Shown here piece by piece: positions 1 through 9,400 of a stretch of 64,000 nt of DNA; positions within the stretch are counted from its first letter, which is position 1, and every line of letters starts with the position of its first letter. The notes beneath the pieces were generated by a model, which ran no database searches, had not been told where the DNA came from, and saw only the letters and a program-made list of their open reading frames with translations. Source of the stretch: Dehalococcoidia bacterium (GTDB taxonomy: Bacteria > Chloroflexota > Dehalococcoidia > Plut-88900); contig OZ240215.1 of the NCBI GenBank assembly GCA_965197585.1, positions 1,216,001 through 1,280,000 on the forward strand. Reading direction: 5' to 3'. The translations under genes were made by a program, and so were the position numbers.

Positions 1-3
1 GCA

Positions 4-264
4 TTGTTTTTCATCTTTGCCTTTGGTGTGCTCGGAGTCTTCATCGCCGATACCCTTCTCTGCCCAGAGGGCACGGGTGTCCGATTCTGGGACGGATGCC
101 TTTACGATGTCCTCGGCTTCGGTGTTGGGGGTGGGGTGATTGGATTTGCCGCCTTTGTCTATCTCCTTCGACTCCTTTCCTTACGTCGCGACAACCCCAC
201 CGCCCTTCATATATTGCTCAGACAATTTCTAAAATCTAACGTCACCCATCGGGAGGCCCAATGA
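4..264 (+). CDS. Probable small membrane protein, possibly 5'-truncated by the window edge
   Basis: Two hydrophobic stretches; its TGA overlaps the ATG of the next gene (ATGA coupling). Confidence 0.35.
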   Translation: MFFIFAFGVLGVFIADTLLCPEGTGVRFWDGCLYDVLGFGVGGGVIGFAAFVYLLRLLSLRRDNPTALHILLRQFLKSNVTHREAQ

Positions 265-1205
265 AGTTTCCAAAAGAGTCCTATCTGCTTCCCCTCGGCC
301 TTGCCGCCGCCGGAATAGGCTTCGAAGTTGTCCGACGCGCTGCCTCGGCCGCAGCCGCCTACGTCCCCAACGCCGAGGCCGCTTCCGCCACCGTGGAGTC
401 GCGCCCTTCCATCTGGAGCCTTGCACTGCCTATTCAGCCCCGCATCGCCATCGTCGAGCTTTTCGGCGCAATTCAGGGCGGCGCCAAGGTCGGCGAGTCC
501 GTTCGCCTTATTGATACCCTCAAGACCGACAAGCGTGTCCGCGCCGTCATCATCGAGATCGATTCCCCCGGCGGCTCCGCCCCCGCCTCCGAGTACCTCT
601 ACGGAGCCGTGTCTCGCCTGGCTGCCAGGAAACCCGTAATCGCCTTTGTCAGAGGCGTGGGTGCTTCCGGGTCGTATATGGTCGCCTGTGGGGCCACCAA
701 GATCATCGCACTTCCCAGCTCCATCATCGGCTCCATTGGCGTGATTTCCATCGGCCCCGTGGCCAAAGACCTGCTCAAGCGCATCGGTATCGACGTGACC
801 GTTTCCAAGAGCGGGCCCTACAAGGACATGGGCGCCCTTTACCGCGACCCGACCAATGAAGAGTTGCAGAAGCGGGACGAGCTGATTGGCCAGTTCTTCG
901 ACAATTTCGTCGACTTGGTCGCCAGGTCCCGTGGCATGTCCCGGGACAACGTCCTCAAATACGCCACCGGCGAGGTCTTCACCGGCAGAAGGGCCGCCGA
1001 GTACCGCCTCATCGACGAAGTCGCCGACATGGACCGGGCAATCGAGCTCGCATCAGAGCTCGGCGAGGTTCCCCCCAAGGTCGTCTACGCCCGACCCAGA
1101 AGGCCCCTCTTCCAAAAACTCTTCTCCCGAGTCGGCTCCTCCTTCGCTGAAGAAATCGCCGAATCCGTCGAATCTCGCCTGGGCGGCTACGTCCACTACC
1201 GCTAA
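261..1205 (+). CDS. sppA: Signal peptide peptidase SppA (S49 family, short form)
   Basis: IDSPGGS, ASGSY (catalytic Ser), GSIGV, SGPYKD (catalytic Lys) and GEVFTG motifs; N-terminal anchor; GGAGG RBS. Confidence 0.9.
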   Translation: MKFPKESYLLPLGLAAAGIGFEVVRRAASAAAAYVPNAEAASATVESRPSIWSLALPIQPRIAIVELFGAIQGGAKVGESVRLIDTLKTDKRVRAVIIEIDSPGGSAPASEYLYGAVSRLAARKPVIAFVRGVGASGSYMVACGATKIIALPSSIIGSIGVISIGPVAKDLLKRIGIDVTVSKSGPYKDMGALYRDPTNEELQKRDELIGQFFDNFVDLVARSRGMSRDNVLKYATGEVFTGRRAAEYRLIDEVADMDRAIELASELGEVPPKVVYARPRRPLFQKLFSRVGSSFAEEIAESVESRLGGYVHYR

Positions 1206-1338
1206 CCCACCCGTGCCCCAACATACGGCTCATCCTCGGGGGAGGGATTCCGCTCGCCCTGTCGAAGATGGAACATCCGCCCGTGGAGGATCCACCTTAG
1301 GCGGGAGGCACTCAAAAGGTCGAGAGGGCGCATTCCCC

Positions 1339-2964
1339 CTACCCCTCACCCACATACAACTCCGTCTCCGGGAAGAACGCCCGCCACCCGAACCAGAAGC
1401 TGGTCCGGCCCGCAATCCGCGCCAGTTCGTCACCGCTGCCATCCAGTGCTTCCAGGCTCGCGTCTCCCACCAGCCACTCTACTCCGTTCTCATCCACCAG
1501 CGTCGTTCTTCCCTCCTCGCCGAGAAGGCTGACGAACCTCGCCCCCGCGCGCTCATATGCCACAACGGCTTTTGTCCCCGGATTCCCCACAAGCACTAGT
1601 TCGGTCCCACCGACTTCATCGTTCACCAACCCTTCACTGCCCACAACCTCCACCGGATAAGCCTTTCCTTTCCCGCCTATTTCAATTCCGTATACAACAT
1701 CCTTCACTTGCAAACGCTCGTCATACTCCCCGACCGGGAACCACAGTTCCTCACTCCCGAAGTAGTCCGTGTACGCCGCCCCGAACTCCCCTTCCGACGA
1801 GTAGTTGCGCGGGTATCCCGTGTTTATGTCTAGTGCCAGTGTGTCGGGGTGAGCCGCTAGCCAATCGCCCCACGTGGTCAGAGTCACCGGCCGTATATTC
1901 AGCCGCACTCCCGAGTCGACCAGCGACCCCGTCACTGGCACGCCGGTGAACTGGTTCCACAGGCCGCCGGTGGTCAGGTCGTACATCAGCTTGTTGCTGA
2001 AATACAGAAGGCCGGAGCTGCGGAACACGTACATGTCGCCGTCCACGTCAGTGTCGTACAGAATCCCGGACCCGCAGAGAGTGCAGTAGGCAAGCGCCAC
2101 CGGCACCCCACCCACCACGTCGTTCGCCATTTCGTGCCAGTTCATTATCCGCAACGGATAGGCCCTTGCATCTCCGTTTATGGACACCCCGAAGACGCGG
2201 TCAGTGGTTTCCAGGTAGGCCGCCTCATCCCCCTCGACCATCGCCGGGTTCACCAGTGACGGAATCGATCTCGACGACCCATCGTCCTGTAACACCCCGC
2301 CCCACACCAAGAACCGCAGGTCCAGATCTATCGTCGCAGGGTCTATAAGTTCGCCGTCATCCGAGGTGAAATAGCTCCTGAACGGGGGATCGATATCGCT
2401 CAGCAAGTCCACCTTCCACCGAAAATAGCCCTCCGGCAGCTGTAAGTCGGGTTGTTGAGCCAGCCATTCGACCCATGCCTTGCTATCGTATTCGAAACTC
2501 TGGCCCGAGAGCTGTTGCATTACGGGAATTACCTGCTCCGCGTTGAAGAGCAATTCATTACGGGTCAACGGCACCTGGATAAAGTCCGTCAGCACAGCAA
2601 CAAACGCCGGGTCCCCCGAATCCGCGATCTCCCGAAGAGCGGTCTGAGCGGTAATGTTTCCGGGGTCGCTCACCCGGTCCTGGCTCAGCCGGTGAAGCAG
2701 GTCCACCATCCCGCTCTCACCCGCCTCCGCCTGCACGGTGGGATCGGGTTCCGAGGTCGCAGGCGTCTCCGTTTCACCAGTCGGGGCTTCCGTAACCCCG
2801 GGGCTCGACACCGCCACCGGTGTCAGCTCTACAACAGGGGTTGGCTCCTCGTCCTCCCCTCCTCCCCCACACCCCGCAATCACCCCCAGCGACGCCAGCA
2901 TGACCACGGCGACACCTACGGCCAGGAACATCGGTTTTCGGATACGACGAAGATGATTGAACAT
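1339..2964 (-). CDS. DUF3179-domain lipoprotein
   Basis: Lipobox IAGC; acidic Pro/Thr linker; RAYPLRIMNWHEMAND, YCTLCGSG, SGLLYFSNKLMYD and FWFGWRAFFPET motifs typical of DUF3179. Start moved to the ATG at 2964. Confidence 0.8.
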   Translation of the reverse strand: MFNHLRRIRKPMFLAVGVAVVMLASLGVIAGCGGGGEDEEPTPVVELTPVAVSSPGVTEAPTGETETPATSEPDPTVQAEAGESGMVDLLHRLSQDRVSDPGNITAQTALREIADSGDPAFVAVLTDFIQVPLTRNELLFNAEQVIPVMQQLSGQSFEYDSKAWVEWLAQQPDLQLPEGYFRWKVDLLSDIDPPFRSYFTSDDGELIDPATIDLDLRFLVWGGVLQDDGSSRSIPSLVNPAMVEGDEAAYLETTDRVFGVSINGDARAYPLRIMNWHEMANDVVGGVPVALAYCTLCGSGILYDTDVDGDMYVFRSSGLLYFSNKLMYDLTTGGLWNQFTGVPVTGSLVDSGVRLNIRPVTLTTWGDWLAAHPDTLALDINTGYPRNYSSEGEFGAAYTDYFGSEELWFPVGEYDERLQVKDVVYGIEIGGKGKAYPVEVVGSEGLVNDEVGGTELVLVGNPGTKAVVAYERAGARFVSLLGEEGRTTLVDENGVEWLVGDASLEALDGSGDELARIAGRTSFWFGWRAFFPETELYVGEG

Positions 2965-3038
2965 CAATAGGACACCGCCTGCTTGAAAGTTCGGGCGCGC
3001 TAGTCTAACACCCCCCTCCCCCATGTGACACGAACCCC

Positions 3039-3067
3039 TTGCCACGTGCGCCTGTATGCCTTATCAT
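3039..3067 (+). promoter_or_regulatory. Sigma70-type promoter TTGCCA-17-TATCAT, followed by a possible LexA-like box (AGAACatttATTCG, 3071-3084)
   Basis: Canonical 17-nt spacing; AAGGAGGA RBS at 3088-3095 ahead of ATG 3106. Confidence 0.5.
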
Positions 3068-3105
3068 TACAGAACATTTATTCGAATAAGGAGGATCATA
3101 ACCCT

Positions 3106-3414
3106 ATGCCCAGTGGAGGACCCCGCCCCGGAGCGGGCGCACCTAGAGGAAACCGAAACCGCCTGCGACACGGCCTTGCATCCAAATACGTCCAGGAAAC
3201 CCTCCTTCCCGCCCTCGCCCCCTATCCCGACCTCTATCGCTGGTTTTTGAACTTCCAGCGCAACGCCCGCCGCAGCAAGAAGGCCCAACGCGGCTCATCC
3301 GCCTCCATCATCGAAACTCTCATCTTCATCTCCGAACTCCCCGCCAATCATCCCCGCCGACGCTCTGCCCTTCAGGCCCTTAACCACAAACTGCAACGCG
3401 CCCTGAGCTTTTAA
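3106..3414 (+). CDS. Small basic hypothetical protein with a GGxRPGAGAPxGNxNxLxHG motif (resembles phage terminase small-subunit-like N-termini)
   Basis: Strong RBS and promoter; MPSGGPRPGAGAPRGNRNRLRHGL; 102 aa. Confidence 0.6.
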   Translation: MPSGGPRPGAGAPRGNRNRLRHGLASKYVQETLLPALAPYPDLYRWFLNFQRNARRSKKAQRGSSASIIETLIFISELPANHPRRRSALQALNHKLQRALSF

Positions 3415-3551
3415 CCCCCTCCATCCCTCTCCTTCCCCACTACGCTTATGTCAATCTCCACCACCCATCCCCCCACTCAAAAACCGCTCTGCCGCCTTTT
3501 ATTTTCCTTTCAGGCGTCATTCAATCAAAACAGCTACGAATTCAATCGAGC

Positions 3552-3656
3552 TTCAATCAAGTCCAATCATCCTTCAATCAAGTCTAATCATCCTTCAATC
3601 AAGTCTAATCATCCTTCAATCAAGTCCAATCGTCCCTCAATCAAGTCCAATCATCC
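3552..3656. repeat. Tandem repeat, 5 x 21 bp (TTCAATCAAGTCYAATCATCC)
   Basis: Units start at 3552, 3573, 3594, 3615 and 3636; no spacers. Confidence 0.95.
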
Positions 3657-3840
3657 CCCATCGCACCCAATCCCATGTCAACCGATGGTCAATCCGACTC
3701 AATCGTTGCCAACCCTTCAGCCCCCGATATTCCCGCTCTTGGCGTATCCCTCTCCCGTGCCTTAAGATAACCGCACACTGAGAGCCCTCAACCCACTAAC
3801 TAACGCCCCCGCCAAACCCGACCAACACAAACACAACGAC

Positions 3841-4275
3841 ATGCTAGCCACAACACCTCACCGCCTCCAGGTCGCAGGGACCAGGTTGGTCAAAGGCATC
3901 ATATTTTTGGTACTCGGATTCCTTGTGGGCGCAATTGCCGGGGCGCTTTCGGGCGCAGTTCTGGGCGCTCTATTGGCCCTCGTCCTGGGCGGCTCTGTAG
4001 AAGTGCTGCGGGTCGCCGCAGCAGTGGCGGTCATAGGCATGCTCGTCGGCATCTTGGCCGGCATCCTGACCATCTTGATGACGAGCTTGGGAATCGGCGT
4101 TAAGTACCTCATTGCCGCGGTCGCCACTGTAATCGGCGCAGTCGTGGGCGGTTTCCTCGGCGGCTTTGAAGGGGCAGGCATCTTCGCTGTAGTCGGCGCA
4201 TCCACCGGCGGACTCTTCATCATCGCCCTCCGCCTCGACCCCCGCACCCGCCCCACCCCCACCCCCGGACCTTGA
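3841..4275 (+). CDS. Gly-rich (glycine-zipper-like) multi-pass membrane protein
   Basis: About four hydrophobic helices with GxxxG repeats. Confidence 0.65.
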   Translation: MLATTPHRLQVAGTRLVKGIIFLVLGFLVGAIAGALSGAVLGALLALVLGGSVEVLRVAAAVAVIGMLVGILAGILTILMTSLGIGVKYLIAAVATVIGAVVGGFLGGFEGAGIFAVVGASTGGLFIIALRLDPRTRPTPTPGP

Positions 4276-4352
4276 AACACTATCATTATGTCTAGTAACA
4301 CCACCCAAATGCCCCTACCCCCACACCATTCGAAGGGCACTCCTTTGGCCAT

Positions 4353-4396
4353 GTCATTCCGAGGCTCCGCGAGGAATCTAGGACTTGCCCACTCAC
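4353..4396 (+). repeat. REP-like palindrome family A (GTCATTCCGAGGCTCCGCGAGGAATC), empty IS481 target
   Basis: Near-identical to 34193-34236 and to the sequence reconstituted around both IS481 copies. Confidence 0.85.
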
Positions 4397-4460
4397 GTTT
4401 CTCAGCCCCACGCTCCCCTCATAATGCCCACCCCACCAATCCCCGAAAGGCGGTAACACC

Positions 4461-5597
4461 ATGACAGCCCAGGTTATCGACGTAGACGGCCACATCCTCG
4501 AGCCCTCTTCCCTCTGGTCCGACAACATCGCACCCGAATTCAAGTCCCGCGCCCTCCGCATCGAGATCGACGAGGAGGGCCTCGAGTACTGGAGCTTCGA
4601 TGGAAGGGCGATCAGCACCTACTCCAAGGGCCGAAGCGCCAACGTCGCCGCCATAGGCACGACCCGCGAGTGGCGCAAGGAGCACGTCTTCGATAAGCGC
4701 GACATCACCTGGGAACAGGCCCTCGCCCGTGTCCCCGGCGCCTGGGACCCCGACGAGCGGGTCAAGATGATGACCGCCGAAGGCATCGACATGAGCATCC
4801 TATACCCCACTCTCGGCCTCGCCTTTGCCCGTATGGAAGATGCCAAGCTCTCCGCCGCCTACTGCAGCGTCTACAACGACTGGATCGTCGACTTCTGCTC
4901 AGCCCACCCCGACCGCCTTATGCCCGCTCTCACCCTCCCCTGGCACGACGTCGACCTCAGCGTCCGGGAGATGCAGCGCTTCTCCGGCCTCGAAAAGAAG
5001 GCCGTTCAGGCCCCCTCTGGCCCCGCCAAGGACATTTCCTTCGGCGCAACCCACTGGGACGCCCTGTGGGCCGAGCACCAGGAACAGGGCATTCCCGTAT
5101 CCCTCCACGTCGGCTCCGCCGGCACTTCCGCATCCAAGCTGCTGCACCCGGAGATTAAGCACCCGTCATGGTGGACCTTCACCGTAGAGTCCACCGAGCT
5201 TATGAACAGCTTCTGCAGCTTCTTCCAGGGCACGGTATTCGACAGGTTCCCCGACCTCAAGATCCTCATCCTCGAATCGGGCTGCCTCTGGATGCCCTAC
5301 TTCCTCGAAAGAATGGACGAGACCTTTGAGCTCATCGGCTTCACCACCGACTTGAAGAACAAGCCCAGCGATTACTTCAACGAACGAGGCTGGATTTCCA
5401 TGGAACCCGACGACGAACTCGGCGCCGCCACGGCCAAGCTAATGGGCGCCGATAGGCTCGTCTGGGCTTTCGACTACCCCCACAGCGATTCCTGCGAGGA
5501 ACCCGTAGCAAGACTGAAGGAGAGCCTCAGCGAGCTTCCCCCCGAGGACCAGGCCAAGGTGATGGGCCTCAACGTTCGGGAGATCTACGGACTATAG
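4461..5597 (+). CDS. Amidohydrolase_2 family metal-dependent hydrolase/decarboxylase
   Basis: IDVDGHILEP, LHVG, ILESGCLW and DYPHSD motifs. Confidence 0.88.
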   Translation: MTAQVIDVDGHILEPSSLWSDNIAPEFKSRALRIEIDEEGLEYWSFDGRAISTYSKGRSANVAAIGTTREWRKEHVFDKRDITWEQALARVPGAWDPDERVKMMTAEGIDMSILYPTLGLAFARMEDAKLSAAYCSVYNDWIVDFCSAHPDRLMPALTLPWHDVDLSVREMQRFSGLEKKAVQAPSGPAKDISFGATHWDALWAEHQEQGIPVSLHVGSAGTSASKLLHPEIKHPSWWTFTVESTELMNSFCSFFQGTVFDRFPDLKILILESGCLWMPYFLERMDETFELIGFTTDLKNKPSDYFNERGWISMEPDDELGAATAKLMGADRLVWAFDYPHSDSCEEPVARLKESLSELPPEDQAKVMGLNVREIYGL

Positions 5598-6841
5598 CTC
5601 TTCCGCCTGAATCCGTTTGCGGTCACAAGGACCCCGGACACGGCTATTGCCGCCGAGAACGAGCAGGTGATGATCATCGCCAGCCGCAAGTCTCCGGTCG
5701 AGTCCTGTAGAAAGCCCGTAAGGGCCGGGCCGATAGCCCCTCCGGCAAGTAGGCATGTCTCAATGAAGCCTATGCCTACGGCAATGTCCCGTGCCCCGAA
5801 ACCTGGCAGCCTGTAGGGCAGCGTCCAGACGAAGGGGACCAGGGAAAACCCGACTCCGTGCATGAGAGCGAAAACGATAAGTAACGGCATGTTCCCCGTC
5901 CAGGCCATCCCCACCGAGCCCACACAGACCAATGTCCCCAATACCGCGATAGATGGGCCCATAAAGTCCCTGTGAGCCCACTTCGCCACGAAATACCCGA
6001 CAACCACGCTCCCGGTGCCCTCTACCATCGCCGCCATCGCGAACATTTGCCCGGACGTCTTGACGGGAAAGCCATATTCTTCCAGCAGCAGTGTGGGCCA
6101 AAAGGTTATTAGGGAGCTCCATGTCAGGTTCAGCCCCATCATCCCCAGCCCCACCACCCACAAAACACGGTGCCGCCCGAGCGTCTTGCCTAAGTTGAGG
6201 GACTCTTTACCCCCCAGTGCCGCCGACGCCGCCGCTCCCTGACGTCGGCCCTGCACCGCCCACGCAATTGTGAACACGAATATCGGCAGTGAGCTTATCA
6301 GGATGACCAGTCTCCAATTGTTGTCCAGCCATTCGAGAACAAAGGGAAGAAGCCCCAGGGCCATCAAAGCTGCGATTCCGTAGGTCCCGTTGAACAAGCC
6401 ATTGGCGAAGATGATCTCGCGCCTCGGGAACCACTGGTTTATGAGCAGCGTACGCGCCGGGTGCATCGCCGCGGCAGCCTGCCCGAACAGCCACCGGCTT
6501 ACCAGCAATATTGCAAACACCGGCGCCCATGCCTGCCCGACCCCGAACACGCTCATGGCAACAAGCGCCCCCAGCAGGACTATCCTCCCGCTGTACCGCG
6601 ACAGCACGATACTCAACGGCAGCGCCAATACGAGGTTCCCGAACAGCGCCGACGACCCCAACAAACCCTGCATGGTAGGAGAAAGTCCAAGGTCTTTGGA
6701 GATGGAGGGAAGCATGACGCCCAAAGAGAGGACAAACAGGACGACAGTCCCATTGGCAAGCCCCAGGTGAGTTAAGACCACCCACCGAAACCCGATCTTC
6801 TCCTCAGTCTCTACGCCGAGACCCTGTGAATCTACAGTCAT
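5585..6841 (-). CDS. MFS transporter
   Basis: About 12 TM segments; SRYSGR motif-A-like loop; WFPRRE. Confidence 0.88.
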   Translation of the reverse strand: MTVDSQGLGVETEEKIGFRWVVLTHLGLANGTVVLFVLSLGVMLPSISKDLGLSPTMQGLLGSSALFGNLVLALPLSIVLSRYSGRIVLLGALVAMSVFGVGQAWAPVFAILLVSRWLFGQAAAAMHPARTLLINQWFPRREIIFANGLFNGTYGIAALMALGLLPFVLEWLDNNWRLVILISSLPIFVFTIAWAVQGRRQGAAASAALGGKESLNLGKTLGRHRVLWVVGLGMMGLNLTWSSLITFWPTLLLEEYGFPVKTSGQMFAMAAMVEGTGSVVVGYFVAKWAHRDFMGPSIAVLGTLVCVGSVGMAWTGNMPLLIVFALMHGVGFSLVPFVWTLPYRLPGFGARDIAVGIGFIETCLLAGGAIGPALTGFLQDSTGDLRLAMIITCSFSAAIAVSGVLVTANGFRRKSYSP

Positions 6842-6981
6842 TACTCGCTTTCTCTATCTCCTCTCCCCCAACAAGCCCCAGATACCCCGAGGTGCGCGCC
6901 TCGCAAACCGCCCATCCCTAAGCGCCAATGCAGTGTCCTGTCCCCTCTCCCTAGATGTGACCTTTGCATAACTGTCATTCC

Positions 6982-8037
6982 TGTAAGTGTTAGGTAATTC
7001 GTTGACAGATTGGTATAAGAGGCCAACACCAATCTGGAGGCGAGAATGCGAGACAATAGCAAGGACCTCACCCTTGAGCGGAACTACATTCAGAAGTGGC
7101 GGTTCCTCATCCATGAGTATCAACTGGTCAAGGCAGGGAAGCATCCCCGTTTCCGCTTCGCCCAGGACTTCTACTCCTTCCACGGCACTAGCCGTCAGAC
7201 CTTCGCCAAGTACTACAACCGGTTCCTCCTTTCCCCCTCCGACAACGCCTTCCTCCCCCGTAAGCGGGGTCCCGGGTGGAAGTCCCGCCGCACCCTGCCC
7301 TACATTGAGCAGAAGGTCATCAACGAGCGCCTTAACGGTACCAACCGTTACGAGATCTATGCCATACTCAAACCCATCCTTAAACACAACACCCCTAAGC
7401 CCTCCACCATCTACGCCATCACCAGACGCCACGGTTTCAATAGGCTCACAAAGCCGATGCAGCAGTCGAAGCGCAAGATCATCAAGACCCGGGCAGGAGA
7501 GCTGGGCCACCTGGACAGCCACTACCTCAGCCGGGATACCATCGTGGGCACCAAGCACCGCTACTACCTGGTGGGCCTCATCGACGCCTACACCCGTCTG
7601 GCCTGGGCCGAAGTGGTCGGAGACATCAAGAGTCTCTCCGTTATGTTTGCTACTCTGAAGTCCATCAATTTCCTTAACGTGGAGTACGGCATCCAATTCG
7701 AGGCCATCCTCACCGACAACGGCCCCGAGATGGCCTCCCCAAGGAACACCGAGGGCCACCCCATGGAACGGATGCTCAATGAGCTGGGCATAAAGCACCG
7801 CTACACCCGCCCTTATAGGCCCCAGACCAACGGGAAGATAGAGCGGTTCTGGAGAACCTTGAACGAGGACCTGCTGGAGGGGACAACCTTCGAATCGGTC
7901 TCGGAACTGAAGGACGAGCTTCAGCAATACCTGATCTACTACAATACTCAGAGACCCCACCAGGCAATGGACGGAAAGACCCCTTTGGAGACCCTTAAAT
8001 CCACCTAATTCTGTCAACGAATTACCTGACATCCACA
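6982..8037 (+). mobile_element. IS481-family insertion sequence, copy 1 (1056 bp)
   Basis: TGT...ACA ends; 28-bp imperfect TIR (24/28 match, core AGGTAATTCGTTGACAGA); 5-bp ATTCC duplication at 6977-6981 and 8038-8042. Confidence 0.92.
7046..8008 (+). CDS. IS481-family DDE transposase (integrase core)
   Basis: GELGHLD, IDAYTR, LTDNGPE, RPYRPQTNGKIERFWRT and YYNTQRPHQAMDGKTP motifs. Confidence 0.93.
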   Translation: MRDNSKDLTLERNYIQKWRFLIHEYQLVKAGKHPRFRFAQDFYSFHGTSRQTFAKYYNRFLLSPSDNAFLPRKRGPGWKSRRTLPYIEQKVINERLNGTNRYEIYAILKPILKHNTPKPSTIYAITRRHGFNRLTKPMQQSKRKIIKTRAGELGHLDSHYLSRDTIVGTKHRYYLVGLIDAYTRLAWAEVVGDIKSLSVMFATLKSINFLNVEYGIQFEAILTDNGPEMASPRNTEGHPMERMLNELGIKHRYTRPYRPQTNGKIERFWRTLNEDLLEGTTFESVSELKDELQQYLIYYNTQRPHQAMDGKTPLETLKST

Positions 8038-8389
8038 ATTCCGAGGCTCCGCGAGGAATCTGGGGCGAGGGACTCAGGATTGGATAACATGTCTCGTATT
8101 GCCAATATGTTCCAGCATAGGGAGTTACGCAAAGGTCTCTCGATGGGCGAGGGCTAGGGCCGTAGGCTCGCTGAGGAGAGTGAGGGTGATCTCCCTTTCC
8201 GCTCCTATCCTTCCTCTTCCCCGTAGAAGTAATCCTCGTTGTTGCCCTGCACCAAGGCGTGACCCCTCGCATAACCGTCATTCTGGCCCCCGAGCCGGAA
8301 TCCATCCCCTCCCCGTAGAGGCAACGCTCGTGGTTGCTACAGCTCGGGGGGCGGGCTCACAAAGCACACCCTGCCCCCTCTCCCTTGGC

Positions 8390-8532
8390 GTGACCCTTGC
8401 ATAACTTGTGACAGAAGGGCCGCTCGTGCTGTCGCAGATCCGCCGAGGCGGGAGACCCGTCGAAGTATGAGCGGGGGGGGACGCCGATCAGAATAGCAAA
8501 TGGGGCTTGTTATGCAGTTACGCAAAGGACCC
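8390..8532. mobile_element. MITE family D copy 2, carrying a family B repeat with a ~20-nt insert
   Basis: GTGACCCTTGCATAACT ... AGTTACGCAAAGGACCC between CCCTCTCCC-TTGGC and TCGAT-GAAAGAGGGTGAGGGTGA. Confidence 0.65.
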
Positions 8533-8626
8533 TCGATGAAAGAGGGTGAGGGTGATATCAGATGACAAGTGAAGAGTGCACCTGTATTGATGAAGTTAGC
8601 GGTGTTAGTGCGCAGTTGCTCAAGCC

Positions 8627-9391
8627 CTACCCAGCCAACCCACACACGAGAATCTGGTGATTGTCCCCCGACTCAAATGTCTTTGACTCGAAATCACCAT
8701 ACTTGGCACGCACCTCGAACCCGTTGTACTTGAGCAAAGCCTCCAGCTCCAGCGGGAAGTACATCCGAATGCTGATATGCTCGCTCGGCTGCTCTTCCAC
8801 GCAGGGCAGCGAGTAATGGAGAGTCAGGTGCTGGACCTGGGTCGCGGTATCGTAGACGCTGCTGAAGTCTACCCGCACTATTCCATCGCCGTTGGGGTGT
8901 TCGTATTCTAGGAAGGGCGACCTCTCCCCCTCCCCCCGATTCAGAATCTCCATCGAGGGGTTGTATAGCTCCATTATGAACAGGCCTCCCGGCGATAGAT
9001 GCTCCTTCACCCGAGACAGGCACCCCTCCAGGTCCTCAATTGTCAGCATACGGGAGATGCTCTGGGAAGGGCAGATAATAAGCGGGAACGTCTTCCCAAG
9101 CGAGAAGTACCGCATGTCTGCCTTCACCCACTCGACGTCGAGCCCCCCCTCCTCGGAGTTCCTCCCCGCCTGCTCAAGCATCGACTCCGCCAGGTCGATT
9201 CCCATCACCTCAAACCCTTCACGGGCCAGCGGCATCGCTATCCTTCCCGTCCCGCAAGCCAATTCCAGGATCGGCCCGCCGTAACGCCTCGCCTGCCCGA
9301 CCCAGAAATCCACGTCTTCCGTAAAGTTACTGTAAGCCAGATCGTAGTGCCGACCGTCCAGGTAGGTGCGTTGTAAGTTGCTGGAGCTCAT
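8627..9391 (-). CDS. Class I SAM-dependent methyltransferase
   Basis: ILELACGTGR, GIDLA and ADMR motifs. Confidence 0.88.
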   Translation of the reverse strand: MSSSNLQRTYLDGRHYDLAYSNFTEDVDFWVGQARRYGGPILELACGTGRIAMPLAREGFEVMGIDLAESMLEQAGRNSEEGGLDVEWVKADMRYFSLGKTFPLIICPSQSISRMLTIEDLEGCLSRVKEHLSPGGLFIMELYNPSMEILNRGEGERSPFLEYEHPNGDGIVRVDFSSVYDTATQVQHLTLHYSLPCVEEQPSEHISIRMYFPLELEALLKYNGFEVRAKYGDFESKTFESGDNHQILVCGLAG

Positions 9392-9400
9392 CAGTGCGGT

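Larger units (their letters stand above)
6957..8139. mobile_element. MITE family D copy 1 (ends GTGACCTTTGCATAACT / AGTTACGCAAAGGTCTC), interrupted by IS481 and inserted in the loop of palindrome C
   Basis: Flanked by TAGAT/TCGAT between the CCCTCTCCC and GGGCGAGGG arms; 122 bp once the IS and its duplication are removed. Confidence 0.7.

Noticed and set aside
1339-2964. Selenoprotein form of DUF3179
   Set aside because: No in-frame TGA; the motif is a plain CxxC.
3552-3656. Possible CRISPR array, or the 105-aa ORF 3448-3765 with SIKSNHP repeats
   Set aside because: The repeats are contiguous without spacers and there are no cas genes; the ORF is low-complexity, lacks an RBS and is probably a by-product of the repeat.
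6854-8305. Long antisense ORFs over the transposases (also 32020-33276)
   Set aside because: Shadow frames of the IS481 transposase with no recognisable motifs; they extend beyond the IS ends into different flanks.
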